Assembly (NCBI GenBank): GCA_050118655.1
Contig: JASFKL010000001.1
Location: 186 to 64,185 of the forward strand
Direction of reading: 5' to 3'
Source of the DNA: Gammaproteobacteria bacterium
GTDB taxonomy: Bacteria; Pseudomonadota; Gammaproteobacteria; GCA-001735895
Length of the DNA: 64,000 nucleotides
Positions 30,296 to 38,803 of this stretch are shown here, in pieces. A program made the translations under genes and the position numbers. Numbering within the stretch: position 1 is the first letter of the stretch; each line of letters starts with the position of its first letter. A model generated the notes under the pieces. That model searched no databases and was not told the DNA's origin. It saw only the letters and a program-made list of their open reading frames with translations.

Positions 30296-31466
30296 CCAGA
30301 CCGCGCGACAGATCGGTAAAAATATCCTCCAGGTTTTCGAGACCCACCGCGACGCGAACCAGTCCCTCGACGATTCCGGCGCGCGCCTTGAGTTCGTCGC
30401 TGACACGGCCGTGGGTGGTCGTGGCGGGATGCGTGATCGTGGTTTTGACATCGCCGAGATTGGCGGTAATCGACAACAAGCGCGTCTCGTCGATGACTCG
30501 CCAGGCCGCCTCGCGGCCGCCCTTGACCACGAAAGAGACCACGCCGCCGAACCCCTGTTGCTGGCGAAGGGCGAGATCGTGCTGGGGATGGGATACGAGA
30601 CCCGGGTGGTAGACCCGCTCGATCGCGGGGTGCTGGCTGAGAAAATCCGCCAGCGACTGCGCCTGCCGGGAAATCGCCTGCATCCGCAGGTTCAGCGTCT
30701 CCAGGCCCTTCAACGCGACCCAGGCATTGAAAGGGCTCAGGCTCGGCCCGGTGGTGCGCAGCACGCCGAAGATCTCCTCGCCGACCAGCTGCCCGGGACC
30801 GACCACGGCGCCGCCGACGATGCGCCCCTGGCCGTCCAGATACTTGGTGGCAGAATGCACCACCAGATCGGCGCCGAAGTTCAGCGGGCGTTGCAACGCC
30901 GGCGTACAGAAACAGTTGTCGACCACCAGCAGGCAGCCGTGCGCATGCGCCAGTTCCGCCAGGCCGGCGATATCGGCGATTTCCATCAACGGATTGGACG
31001 GGGTTTCCAGAAACAACAGCCGCGTATTGGCGCGGATGGCGCGTTCCCAGTCCGCGAGATCGGTCATCGCGACGAAGCTGGTTTCGATACCGTAGCGCGG
31101 CAGGTATTTCTCGAACAGCGTGGTCGTGGTACCGAATATCGACTGCGAACTGACGATGTGGTCGCCCGATTTCAATAGCGCCAGGCAAATGCTGGTAATC
31201 GCGGCCATGCCCGAGGCGGTCGCGACGCAGGCCTCGCCGCCTTCGAGCGCGGCCAGACGTTGCTCGAATGCCCGCGTGGTGGGATTGCTGAACCGGGAGT
31301 AAATGTTGCCGGGATCTTCGCCGGCGAAGCGCGCGGCCGCCTGGGCCGCATTTTCGAACACGAAGCTCGAGGTCGCGAAAATCGCCTCGCTGTGCTCGAG
31401 TTCTGCAGTACGTTGCTGACCGCTCCTGACCGCGAGCGTGTCAAATCCTAGATTGTCGTTGTTCAC
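30288..31466 (-). CDS. metZ: O-succinylhomoserine sulfhydrylase (PLP-dependent Cys/Met metabolism enzyme)
   Basis: Translation MNNDNLGFDTLAVRSGQQRTAELEHSEAIFATSSFVF...SATKYLDGQG (PLP-Lys region), 392 aa. The start is GTG (31464-31466), with GGAG 8 nt upstream. Confidence 0.9.
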   Translation of the reverse strand: MNNDNLGFDTLAVRSGQQRTAELEHSEAIFATSSFVFENAAQAAARFAGEDPGNIYSRFSNPTTRAFEQRLAALEGGEACVATASGMAAITSICLALLKSGDHIVSSQSIFGTTTTLFEKYLPRYGIETSFVAMTDLADWERAIRANTRLLFLETPSNPLMEIADIAGLAELAHAHGCLLVVDNCFCTPALQRPLNFGADLVVHSATKYLDGQGRIVGGAVVGPGQLVGEEIFGVLRTTGPSLSPFNAWVALKGLETLNLRMQAISRQAQSLADFLSQHPAIERVYHPGLVSHPQHDLALRQQQGFGGVVSFVVKGGREAAWRVIDETRLLSITANLGDVKTTITHPATTTHGRVSDELKARAGIVEGLVRVAVGLENLEDIFTDLSRGLDA

Positions 31467-31484
31467 GGAGTTTCTCCATAATAG

Positions 31485-31535
31485 AAAAAACTCGGGAGGG
31501 AATGGGCACGGAAGGACTTCGGAACCACCCTCTTT
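31485..31535 (-). promoter_or_regulatory. hairpin plus U6 tract in the metZ 5' leader, immediately upstream of the SD (attenuator or riboswitch-terminator candidate)
   Basis: Minus strand reads AAAGAGGGUGGUUCCGAAGUCCUUCCGUGCCCAUUCCCUCCCGAGUUUUUUCUAUUAUGGAGAAACUCC-GUG. A GAGGGUGG/CCAUUCCCUC stem is followed by UUUUUU, about 20 nt before the start codon. Confidence 0.35.
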
Positions 31536-31610
31536 AGCAAATTTGTTTTCGGATCCGTCCCCGGACCCTGGGCGCCTGCAAGCCGAGTAACAAATCGGCG
31601 CCGATCGCAG

Positions 31611-31639
31611 AAGATATTACCTCGCCCTAACCATGTCAA
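31611..31639 (-). promoter_or_regulatory. sigma70-like promoter for metZ (TTGACA-N17-TATCTT)
   Basis: Minus strand reads gcTTGACAtggttagggcgaggtaaTATCTTctg. This predicts a ~135-nt leader. Confidence 0.4.
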
Positions 31640-31707
31640 GCATCTCCGGGACGGTTTGTGCCGGATCCGGATCGGCGACCGCTTCCGGCGTTGCCGGGCG
31701 CGGGGCT

Positions 31708-32247
31708 CTAGCGGATCAGCACCAGGTCGTCGACCAGGACCTCGTCGAACAATTCGATCACCTCGTCGTTGGTCATGCGGATACAGCCGGCCGACACCGG
31801 CTGGCCGATGCGTTTCTCGTCGCTGGTGCCGTGTATGTAGATGTAACGCGAATAGGTGTCGTTATCGCCGCCGCGATTGACGCCCTCCTCGAGGCCGTCG
31901 AGCCACAGGATCCGCGAGGTGATTTCATCCTTTTCGCGGTTATCCAGGTTGCCGGCTATCCTGCCGGTGGGTTCGCGCGCCTCGAACACCATGCCCCGCG
32001 GTTGCCCGCCGCCGATTTTCTGCCGGATGCGGTGAATACCGAAGGGCGTGCGGAAGGAATCGCTGCGATTGCCGATGCCGTTAGCGGCAGTCGAAATCGT
32101 ATAGCTGCGGTTGTTTTCTTCGTCGGTATCCAGCCAGTGCAAACGTTGCGCGGCGGAATCGACGTAAATGATCGGCCGCTGGTCGGCGAGCGCCGGGTTG
32201 CCGTGCAGCCTGGGCGCGATTTCCCGATTGATATCCTGCCAGCGCAT
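31708..32247 (-). CDS. L,D-transpeptidase (YkuD domain) family protein
   Basis: Translation ...YIYIHGTSDEKRIGQPVSAGCIRMTNDEV carries the H..G..S/GC catalytic motif of YkuD. Its start overlaps the purF stop (TGATG). Confidence 0.8.
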   Translation of the reverse strand: MRWQDINREIAPRLHGNPALADQRPIIYVDSAAQRLHWLDTDEENNRSYTISTAANGIGNRSDSFRTPFGIHRIRQKIGGGQPRGMVFEAREPTGRIAGNLDNREKDEITSRILWLDGLEEGVNRGGDNDTYSRYIYIHGTSDEKRIGQPVSAGCIRMTNDEVIELFDEVLVDDLVLIR

Positions 32248-33764
32248 CAGGCGTTGTTGTGCAGTTCCATCCCGATCACGGTAACCTGCTCCTCGCCGTT
32301 ATCCTTCGCCGAGTCGCTTCTCAAGTGACTGATTTTATTAAGGTATTCGTCATCGACGGTCTTCGTGACATACTTGCCGTCGAAGCAGGAGCAATCGAAT
32401 TTCTTGATCTGCCGGTTGCCCTTTTGCACCGCGTCGACGAGGTCTTCGAGGTCCTGGTAAATCAGCCAGTCCGCGCCGATGTACTCGGCGATCTCCGCCT
32501 CGCTGCGGTCGTGGGCGACCAGTTCGTCGGCCGCGGGCATGTCGATCCCGTAGACGTTCGGATAGCGCACCGGCGGCGCCGCCGAGGCGATGTAAACTTT
32601 CCTGGCGCCGGCCTCGCGGGCCATCTGGATGATTTGCTGCGAGGTGGTGCCGCGAACGATGGAATCGTCGACCAGCAGCACGTTCTTGCCCTTGAACTCG
32701 ATATCGATCGGGTTCAGTTTCCGCCGTACCGATTTCTTGCGCATGGTCTGGCCCGGCATGATGAAGGTGCGGCCTATATAACGGTTCTTGATGAACCCCT
32801 CGCGAAACTTGACGCCGAGATGAAACGCGAGTTCCATCGCCGCGGGGCGGCTGGTGTCGGGGATCGGAATCACCACGTCGATATCGTGATCCGGCCTTTG
32901 CCGCTGTATCTTGCGCGCCAGCTTGACGCCCATGCGAAGGCGGGCCTTGTAAACATAAATATCGTCGATGATCGAATCGGGGCGCGCGAGGTAGACATAC
33001 TCGAAGATACACGGCCTGAGCTTCGGATTCGCGGCGCACTGGCGACGGTGGACGTTGCCGGAGCTATCGATGTAAACCGCCTCGCCGGGCTGCAGGTCGC
33101 CGATCAGTTCGAAGCCGGAGGCCTGCAGGGCCACGCTCTCGGAAGCGATCATGTATTCCGGGCCATCGCTGGAATCGCGCTTGCCGTAGACCACGGGACG
33201 AATGCCGTGGGGGTCGCGGAAACCCAGTATGCCCTTGCCGGTCAGCATCAGGACGACGGCGTAGGCGCCCTCGATCCGTTTGTGGGTCTCGGTCACGGCG
33301 GTGAAAATTTCGTCGGGAGTCAACTTCAGGCTGCCGCAGCGCTGCAGCTCGTGGGCGAAAACGTTGAGCAATACCTCGGAATCGGACTCGGTATTGATGT
33401 GGCGCAGATCCGACTGATAAAGCTCCGCCTTGAGTTGCTCCATGTTGGTCAGGTTACCGTTGTGGGCCAGGCTGATGCCGTATGGCGAATTGACGTAGAA
33501 CGGCTGCGCCTCGGCTGACGACGAACAGCCGGCGGTCGGGTAGCGGACGTGTCCGATACCCATATTACCGGTCAGCTTGAGCATGTGGCGGGTGTGGAAC
33601 ACGTCGCTGACCTGGCCGTTATCCTTGCGCAGATTCAGCTTCTTGTTCTGGTCGCAGACCACGATTCCGGCCGAATCCTGTCCGCGGTGCTGCAAAACCA
33701 GCAAGGCATCGTAGATTGTCTGCGCCACTTCCTGATAGCTGACGATTCCGACTATTCCACACAT
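32247..33764 (-). CDS. purF: amidophosphoribosyltransferase
   Basis: Translation [35 protein letters not shown] has the N-terminal Cys nucleophile; 505 aa; PRTase motif [13 protein letters not shown]. Confidence 0.95.
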   Translation of the reverse strand: MCGIVGIVSYQEVAQTIYDALLVLQHRGQDSAGIVVCDQNKKLNLRKDNGQVSDVFHTRHMLKLTGNMGIGHVRYPTAGCSSSAEAQPFYVNSPYGISLAHNGNLTNMEQLKAELYQSDLRHINTESDSEVLLNVFAHELQRCGSLKLTPDEIFTAVTETHKRIEGAYAVVLMLTGKGILGFRDPHGIRPVVYGKRDSSDGPEYMIASESVALQASGFELIGDLQPGEAVYIDSSGNVHRRQCAANPKLRPCIFEYVYLARPDSIIDDIYVYKARLRMGVKLARKIQRQRPDHDIDVVIPIPDTSRPAAMELAFHLGVKFREGFIKNRYIGRTFIMPGQTMRKKSVRRKLNPIDIEFKGKNVLLVDDSIVRGTTSQQIIQMAREAGARKVYIASAAPPVRYPNVYGIDMPAADELVAHDRSEAEIAEYIGADWLIYQDLEDLVDAVQKGNRQIKKFDCSCFDGKYVTKTVDDEYLNKISHLRSDSAKDNGEEQVTVIGMELHNNA

Positions 33765-33790
33765 ATTGCTCTACCTGGGTTGTAACCCGT

Positions 33791-34279
33791 TCAGAATTTG
33801 AAGCTGTCCGCGGCGGTGTCGGGAATGATTCCCTTGAGCCACCCCGCCAGTTGCTGGAAAAATCCGATCATCGCCGAATCCTGCCACCAGGACGCCTCGG
33901 GCATCGGCGTCAGGCTGGCCAGCAATACGATCATGGTGACGATCAGTACGCCGCGGGCAGCGCCGAAAATGACGCCGAGCGCCTTGTCGGTGCCGCTGAG
34001 GCCGGTTCGATTTACCAGCTGATTCATAATAAAGTTGATGATAGCGCCGATTACAAGGGTGCTGATGAATAAAACCGCGAACGCGGTGATATTACGGATC
34101 GTCGGCGCACCGACGTAAGGTTCGAGTATTTCCGCCAGCGGGGCGAAGTATCGAAACGCGAGGATGCCCGCGACGATCCAGGTAATCAGCGAAATCGTCT
34201 CCTTGACGAAACCGCGAATGACACTGATCAGCGCGGACAGCACGATGATCACGATGATGACGACGTCCAGCCAGCTCAT
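33791..34279 (-). CDS. cvpA: colicin V production protein CvpA (inner-membrane protein)
   Basis: Translation MSWLDVVIIVIIVLSALISVIRGFVKETISLITWIVAGILAF... I set the start at the internal ATG (coordinate from ORF-track arithmetic). Conserved dedD-cvpA-purF order. Confidence 0.85.
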   Translation of the reverse strand: MSWLDVVIIVIIVLSALISVIRGFVKETISLITWIVAGILAFRYFAPLAEILEPYVGAPTIRNITAFAVLFISTLVIGAIINFIMNQLVNRTGLSGTDKALGVIFGAARGVLIVTMIVLLASLTPMPEASWWQDSAMIGFFQQLAGWLKGIIPDTAADSFKF

Positions 34280-34366
34280 CCGCCTGCTCTCGCCGCAAGC
34301 CGTATCGGGGGCCGAGTCCCGGGGCAACAGTCGCTCAAGGCTTTCCTCCGGACAAAGAAGCGCAGA

Positions 34367-34972
34367 TTATCTTTCATACTTCATAATAATGCCATCGATG
34401 TCGTGCTTGGCCTTGATCTTGTTTTGCGCCACCCGGGTCTGTTCGCGGTTCAGGAAAGGCCCGAGCCGGACCCGATAACTATCCTTGCCCTGGTACTCGA
34501 ATCGCTCGATGAATACCGCGGCGATATTGGACTTGCGCAGTTTGTCGCGCTGCTTGAGCGCCTTGTCGCGATCCTGAAAGCTGCCGACCTGCAATACCCA
34601 GCTCTCGCCGCCGGTCCTGGTGGCGGGCTCGGGCTCGGGCTCGGCTGAGGTCTGGTTCCCGGATGCGGACGTCGCCTTCGCCGTCCGGGCAGGCTCCTCG
34701 GCGGCCCCGGTCCCCGTCTGATCGGCCTGGGGGTCGGAACTCTCGTCGACGAAGCGTGACTCGAGCTCGGGCACATCGTCGACTTTCGACTGCAATTCGA
34801 CGATTTTCGGCTCGAATTCGGGATTGGCGGTAACCAGCGGTTGCGGCGGGATCACCACCTCGTCCTTGTTTTTGCGCATCCCCGAACCGTCGAGGATCAT
34901 CGGCAGGAAGATGACCGCAAGCGCGAAAATAACGATCACGCCAACCAGGCGATTTTTAATATTCGGGTCCAT
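34367..34972 (-). CDS. dedD: SPOR-domain cell-division protein (DedD-like)
   Basis: N-terminal TM (LVGVIVIFALAVIFLPMI), a Pro/Glu-rich linker, and a C-terminal SPOR domain (WVLQVGSFQDRDKALKQRDKLRKSNIAAVFIERFEYQGKDSYRVRLGPF). Confidence 0.75.
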   Translation of the reverse strand: MDPNIKNRLVGVIVIFALAVIFLPMILDGSGMRKNKDEVVIPPQPLVTANPEFEPKIVELQSKVDDVPELESRFVDESSDPQADQTGTGAAEEPARTAKATSASGNQTSAEPEPEPATRTGGESWVLQVGSFQDRDKALKQRDKLRKSNIAAVFIERFEYQGKDSYRVRLGPFLNREQTRVAQNKIKAKHDIDGIIMKYER

Positions 34973-36254
34973 ATTGGTTCAATTCACGGGAATCGGGTAA
35001 CGCACGCAGGAGCAGTTCGACAGTAACGAAGGAGCCGGTGGCCAGCATTATATCCTTATTGCCCAAAGATGACAGTGCATGAGCCAGCGCGGCGGCCGGA
35101 TTTTCGAATTGCGCCTCGATTTCGGCCGCCGAACCGATTCTTTCCCGCAACCGATCGGCATCGAGGCCGCGGTCGCAGTCCAGCGAGGTCAACCACCAGG
35201 CGTCGACTGTCGGCGCCAGCGCAGCGACGAATTCCCGCGGCAGCTTGTCTTCGAGCATGCCGAGCAGCACCACGATGCGGCCCTGCTCCGGCCTGATTCG
35301 CTCCAGGCTGGCGGCCAGAACCCGGGCGGCGTCGGGGTTGTGTCCGACGTCCAGATACAGGCTGCCGGCGAGCGGACTGCGCACGGACTCGAATCGGCCG
35401 GCCACCCGCATACCTCGAAAATACGCGTTTATCTGCTCGGGCCGATAATCGTCGAGCGACAGGATCTGCGACAACCCGGCGATCACGCCGGCCAGGTTGA
35501 GTTCCTGGTGGGCCCCGGGCAGCACGCAATCGATCTCGATTTCGCACTCGGCGGACTGCCAGCGGAATCGCCCGTCAGTTCCCGGCAAGACCCGGTAATC
35601 CCGGCCCAGCTGCAGGCAGTCGCACCCGCGCCGCTCGATTTCGTCGAGTACGGATTGCGGCGGGTCCGGATCGTTCAATACGACCTTGATACCGTCGCGC
35701 AGCACGCCGGCTTTCTCGAATCCGATTTGCTCCCGCCCCTCGCCGAGCCAGGCCTGGTGATCGATGCCTATCGGCGTCAGGTGAACGAGATCGGCATCGA
35801 TGATATTGACCGCGTCCAGCCGGCCGCCGAGGCCGACCTCCAGCAGTGCGTAGTCGGGCTGCCATTGCTGGAACAGGTAAAGCGCCGCCAGGGTGCCGAA
35901 TTCGAAATAAGTCAGCGTGGTCCCGCCGCGGGCCTCCTCGACTGCGGCGAAAGCCGCGCAAAGCTCGCTATCTCCGACCGCTTCGAGATTGCGCTTGATA
36001 CGCTCGTTATAACGCAACAGGTGCGGCGAGGTATAGCTCGCGACTTCGAAACCGGCCTGCCGCAGCCAGGTTTCGTAAGCGGCAACCGTGGATCCCTTGC
36101 CGTTGGTGCCCGCAACCGTAATTACGTTGCGCGCAATCCGCTCCAGGCCGAGTCGATCGCCGACCCGCCGCACGCGATCGAGCCCCAGGTCGATGGCTTT
36201 GCCGTGCAACTGCATTTGCCATTCGAGCCACTGGTCGAGAGTATCGAAACGCAT
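34956..36254 (-). CDS. folC: bifunctional folylpolyglutamate synthase / dihydrofolate synthase
   Basis: Translation MRFDTLDQWLEWQMQLHGKAIDLGLDRV...VAGTNGKGST has the Mur-ligase P-loop. I set the start at the internal ATG at 36252-36254; the ORF-track N-terminal extension overlaps accD and is Arg-rich junk. The stop overlaps the dedD start by 17 nt. Confidence 0.88.
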   Translation of the reverse strand: MRFDTLDQWLEWQMQLHGKAIDLGLDRVRRVGDRLGLERIARNVITVAGTNGKGSTVAAYETWLRQAGFEVASYTSPHLLRYNERIKRNLEAVGDSELCAAFAAVEEARGGTTLTYFEFGTLAALYLFQQWQPDYALLEVGLGGRLDAVNIIDADLVHLTPIGIDHQAWLGEGREQIGFEKAGVLRDGIKVVLNDPDPPQSVLDEIERRGCDCLQLGRDYRVLPGTDGRFRWQSAECEIEIDCVLPGAHQELNLAGVIAGLSQILSLDDYRPEQINAYFRGMRVAGRFESVRSPLAGSLYLDVGHNPDAARVLAASLERIRPEQGRIVVLLGMLEDKLPREFVAALAPTVDAWWLTSLDCDRGLDADRLRERIGSAAEIEAQFENPAAALAHALSSLGNKDIMLATGSFVTVELLLRALPDSRELNQYGPEY

Positions 36255-36277
36255 CGGCGAGGCCGGAAAACCGGATC

Positions 36278-37144
36278 TTACTGGGGCCGCGCCTGCCCCA
36301 TCATCATGGTGCAAAGCGAGCTGATCTTGTCGCGCATCTTGCGACGGTCGACGATCATGTCGACGGCGCCGTGGTCGAGCAGGAATTCGCTGCGCTGAAA
36401 GCCCTCGGGCAAGGTCTCGCGAACCGTCTGCTCGATGACCCGCGGCCCGGCAAATCCGATCAGCGCCCCGGGTTCGGCGATATGAATGTCGCCGAGCATG
36501 GCAAAACTCGCCGATACCCCTCCCATGGTGGGATCGGTGAGCACGCAGATATACGGCAGTCCGCGTCTCGAGAGGCGTGTCAGGGCGGCACTGGTCTTGG
36601 CCATTTGCAGCAGCGAAAACAGGGCTTCCTGCATGCGCGCGCCGCCGCTGGCGGTAAAGCACACCAGCGGTATTCCGTGCTCCACCGCGGCGTTTGCCGC
36701 GCGCACGAATTTTTCACCGACCACGGATCCCATCGAACCGCCCATGAACCGGAATTCGAATGCCGCGGCAACCATTTCCACGCCCGTCACGGTTCCGCGC
36801 ATCACCACCAGGGCATCTTTCTCGCCGGTTTGTTTCTGCGCCTGGCTAAGGCGTTCGCGATAACGCCGGTCGTCCCGGAATTTGAGAATGTCCTCGGCTT
36901 CGAGTTCGGCACCGATTTCGCTGCGCTCTTCCTCGTCGAAAAACGATTCCAGCCGGCGGCGCGCACCGATACGCATGTGAAAGTCGCACTTGGTGCAAAC
37001 TTCCTGGTTACGCTCGAGTTCGGCACGGTAAATAATCGCATCGCAGGAATCGCATTTTGCCCACAGGCCCTCGGGCACGTTTTTCTTATCGTTGCCGCCC
37101 GAAGTTCTGATTTTCGAGGGTAACAACATTTCGAACCAGTTCAT
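36278..37144 (-). CDS. accD: acetyl-CoA carboxylase carboxyltransferase beta subunit
   Basis: Zinc ribbon [26 protein letters not shown] and carboxyltransferase core; near-collinear with E. coli AccD. Confidence 0.93.
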   Translation of the reverse strand: MNWFEMLLPSKIRTSGGNDKKNVPEGLWAKCDSCDAIIYRAELERNQEVCTKCDFHMRIGARRRLESFFDEEERSEIGAELEAEDILKFRDDRRYRERLSQAQKQTGEKDALVVMRGTVTGVEMVAAAFEFRFMGGSMGSVVGEKFVRAANAAVEHGIPLVCFTASGGARMQEALFSLLQMAKTSAALTRLSRRGLPYICVLTDPTMGGVSASFAMLGDIHIAEPGALIGFAGPRVIEQTVRETLPEGFQRSEFLLDHGAVDMIVDRRKMRDKISSLCTMMMGQARPQ

Positions 37145-37183
37145 GCAATGCTCCAGTTAACGGGACCGGTGGAACCGATCGGG

Positions 37184-37822
37184 TTATGCGTCATAGCCAT
37201 CGCCGCGTCTGACCTGCTCGATGAAAGCCTCGACCAGGCCGGCGTTTTTGATCCCACTGGAATCTTCCACGCCGCTGCTCACATCCACCCCCCAGGGTTT
37301 GACACGGGAGATAGCCTCGGCAACGTTCGACGGATTCAAACCACCCGCCAGAACCACGGGATAAGCGAATGAAGTGGGGATTTTCGACCATTCAAATGTA
37401 TCACCAGAGCCACCCAGGCGTCCAGCGGCGTTGCTGTCGAGCAGGAAACCCTGCGCTGTCTCGAAACGCGCGGCATACTGCAGCGGATCGTCGATGCTGC
37501 CCATCGGAATCGCCTTCAGATAGGGCAGCCCCCAGGCCGCGCAAAACTCTTCCGACTCGTTGCCGTGAAACTGCAGGCAATCCGGCTTGACGCGATGCAA
37601 AACTTGCGCGATCAGGTCCTCGCTGTCGTCGAGAAACACCGCGGTCGCGGTGACGAAAGGCGGCAGCGAGTGCCTGATTTCGATCGCCCGGTCGAGGGAA
37701 AGCGCGCGTGAACTCGGCGGATGCATCATCAATCCAATCGAATCTGCGCCCGCCGCCGCGGCATGCCGCGCATCCTCGATCCGGGTGATTCCGCAGATTT
37801 TAACTCGTGTACGCTGTTTCAT
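37184..37822 (-). CDS. trpF: N-(5'-phosphoribosyl)anthranilate isomerase
   Basis: Translation MKQRTRVKICGITRIEDARHAAAAGADSIGLMM...GGSGDTFEW, 212 aa. Confidence 0.9.
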   Translation of the reverse strand: MKQRTRVKICGITRIEDARHAAAAGADSIGLMMHPPSSRALSLDRAIEIRHSLPPFVTATAVFLDDSEDLIAQVLHRVKPDCLQFHGNESEEFCAAWGLPYLKAIPMGSIDDPLQYAARFETAQGFLLDSNAAGRLGGSGDTFEWSKIPTSFAYPVVLAGGLNPSNVAEAISRVKPWGVDVSSGVEDSSGIKNAGLVEAFIEQVRRGDGYDA

Positions 37823-38610
37823 GGCCCGAATAATACGGGTTTTTTGCCCCGCGTGGGCAGCTTATATCGAGATTCGTACCAGGCACGCAAAAGGTACAAA
37901 CCCGCGGCGGAGGCGGTTACATCCGCGAGATTACGGTCCCGCGCCGCAAAAACCCCGCGGAACCACTCGCGGTCCTGCTCGCCCTTGCCGACGGCAATCA
38001 GGCTGCCGGCTATATTGCGAACCATGTGGTAAAGGAAAGCATTGGCCTTGACGTCCAGGATAATCAACTCGCCGTGCCGCTGAACGGAAATTTCCTGCAC
38101 TTCGCGTTGCGCGGATTTGGCCTGGCAGCCGACGGCGCGAAAGCTGCTGAAATCGTGCTCGCCGAGCAGCAACTGGGCGCAATCGTGCATCGCCTGGTGA
38201 TCGAGTGGCCGGTGTTCCCAGCTCGCGCGGTCGTGGAAGATAGCGCTCGGCACCGGAGAATTGACGATCAGGTAACGATAGGCACGGGCGCGGGCGCTGA
38301 ACCGGGCGTGGAAATCGTCGTCGACCGGCACTACCCAGAGCAGGCGAATGTCGGCTGGCAAGCGGCAATTGGTGCCGAGCACCCAGGCGCGTTCACTGCG
38401 CTCGGAGTCGCTTTCGAAATGAGCGACCTGTTCTATCGCATGTACTCCGGCGTCGGTGCGTCCGGCGCATACCAGCTCGACGGGATGGTTGGCGACGAAG
38501 CCGAGCGCTGACTCCAGATGCTGCTGGATCGATGCGCAGTGCGGCTGGCGTTGCCAGCCGCAATACGCGCTTCCCGCATATTCGACTCCGACCGCGTATT
38601 TCATGCGCAC
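37819..38610 (-). CDS. truA: tRNA pseudouridine(38-40) synthase
   Basis: Translation MKYAVGVEYAGSAYCGWQRQ...AGRTDAGVHA (catalytic Asp). Forms a 4-nt overlap with trpF. Confidence 0.9.
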   Translation of the reverse strand: MRMKYAVGVEYAGSAYCGWQRQPHCASIQQHLESALGFVANHPVELVCAGRTDAGVHAIEQVAHFESDSERSERAWVLGTNCRLPADIRLLWVVPVDDDFHARFSARARAYRYLIVNSPVPSAIFHDRASWEHRPLDHQAMHDCAQLLLGEHDFSSFRAVGCQAKSAQREVQEISVQRHGELIILDVKANAFLYHMVRNIAGSLIAVGKGEQDREWFRGVFAARDRNLADVTASAAGLYLLRAWYESRYKLPTRGKKPVLFGP

Positions 38611-38803
38611 GCGGTGTGAGCGCCCGCCGCCGGCATCCGGGTCCGGCCACAGGGCTGCTGTAGACAGTGTTTATCGGGTATCACGATTGCGGCGATTCGC
38701 GTGCAGAAAAACGAGGAGCGGAGTCTAGCAAAAACCGCGACTGCTTTGCGGGCCAATTTACGCGCCCGCGGTCCGGCCAGGCTCGGGAGAGGATCTCTCG
38801 AGC

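Noticed and set aside
29797-31188. 463-aa minus-strand ORF
   Set aside because: Extremely Arg/Gly/Pro-rich with no motifs. It is an alternate frame overlapping metZ and the DUF455 gene, a typical GC-rich spurious frame.
35079-36398. 439-aa plus-strand ORF
   Set aside because: Antisense shadow of folC.
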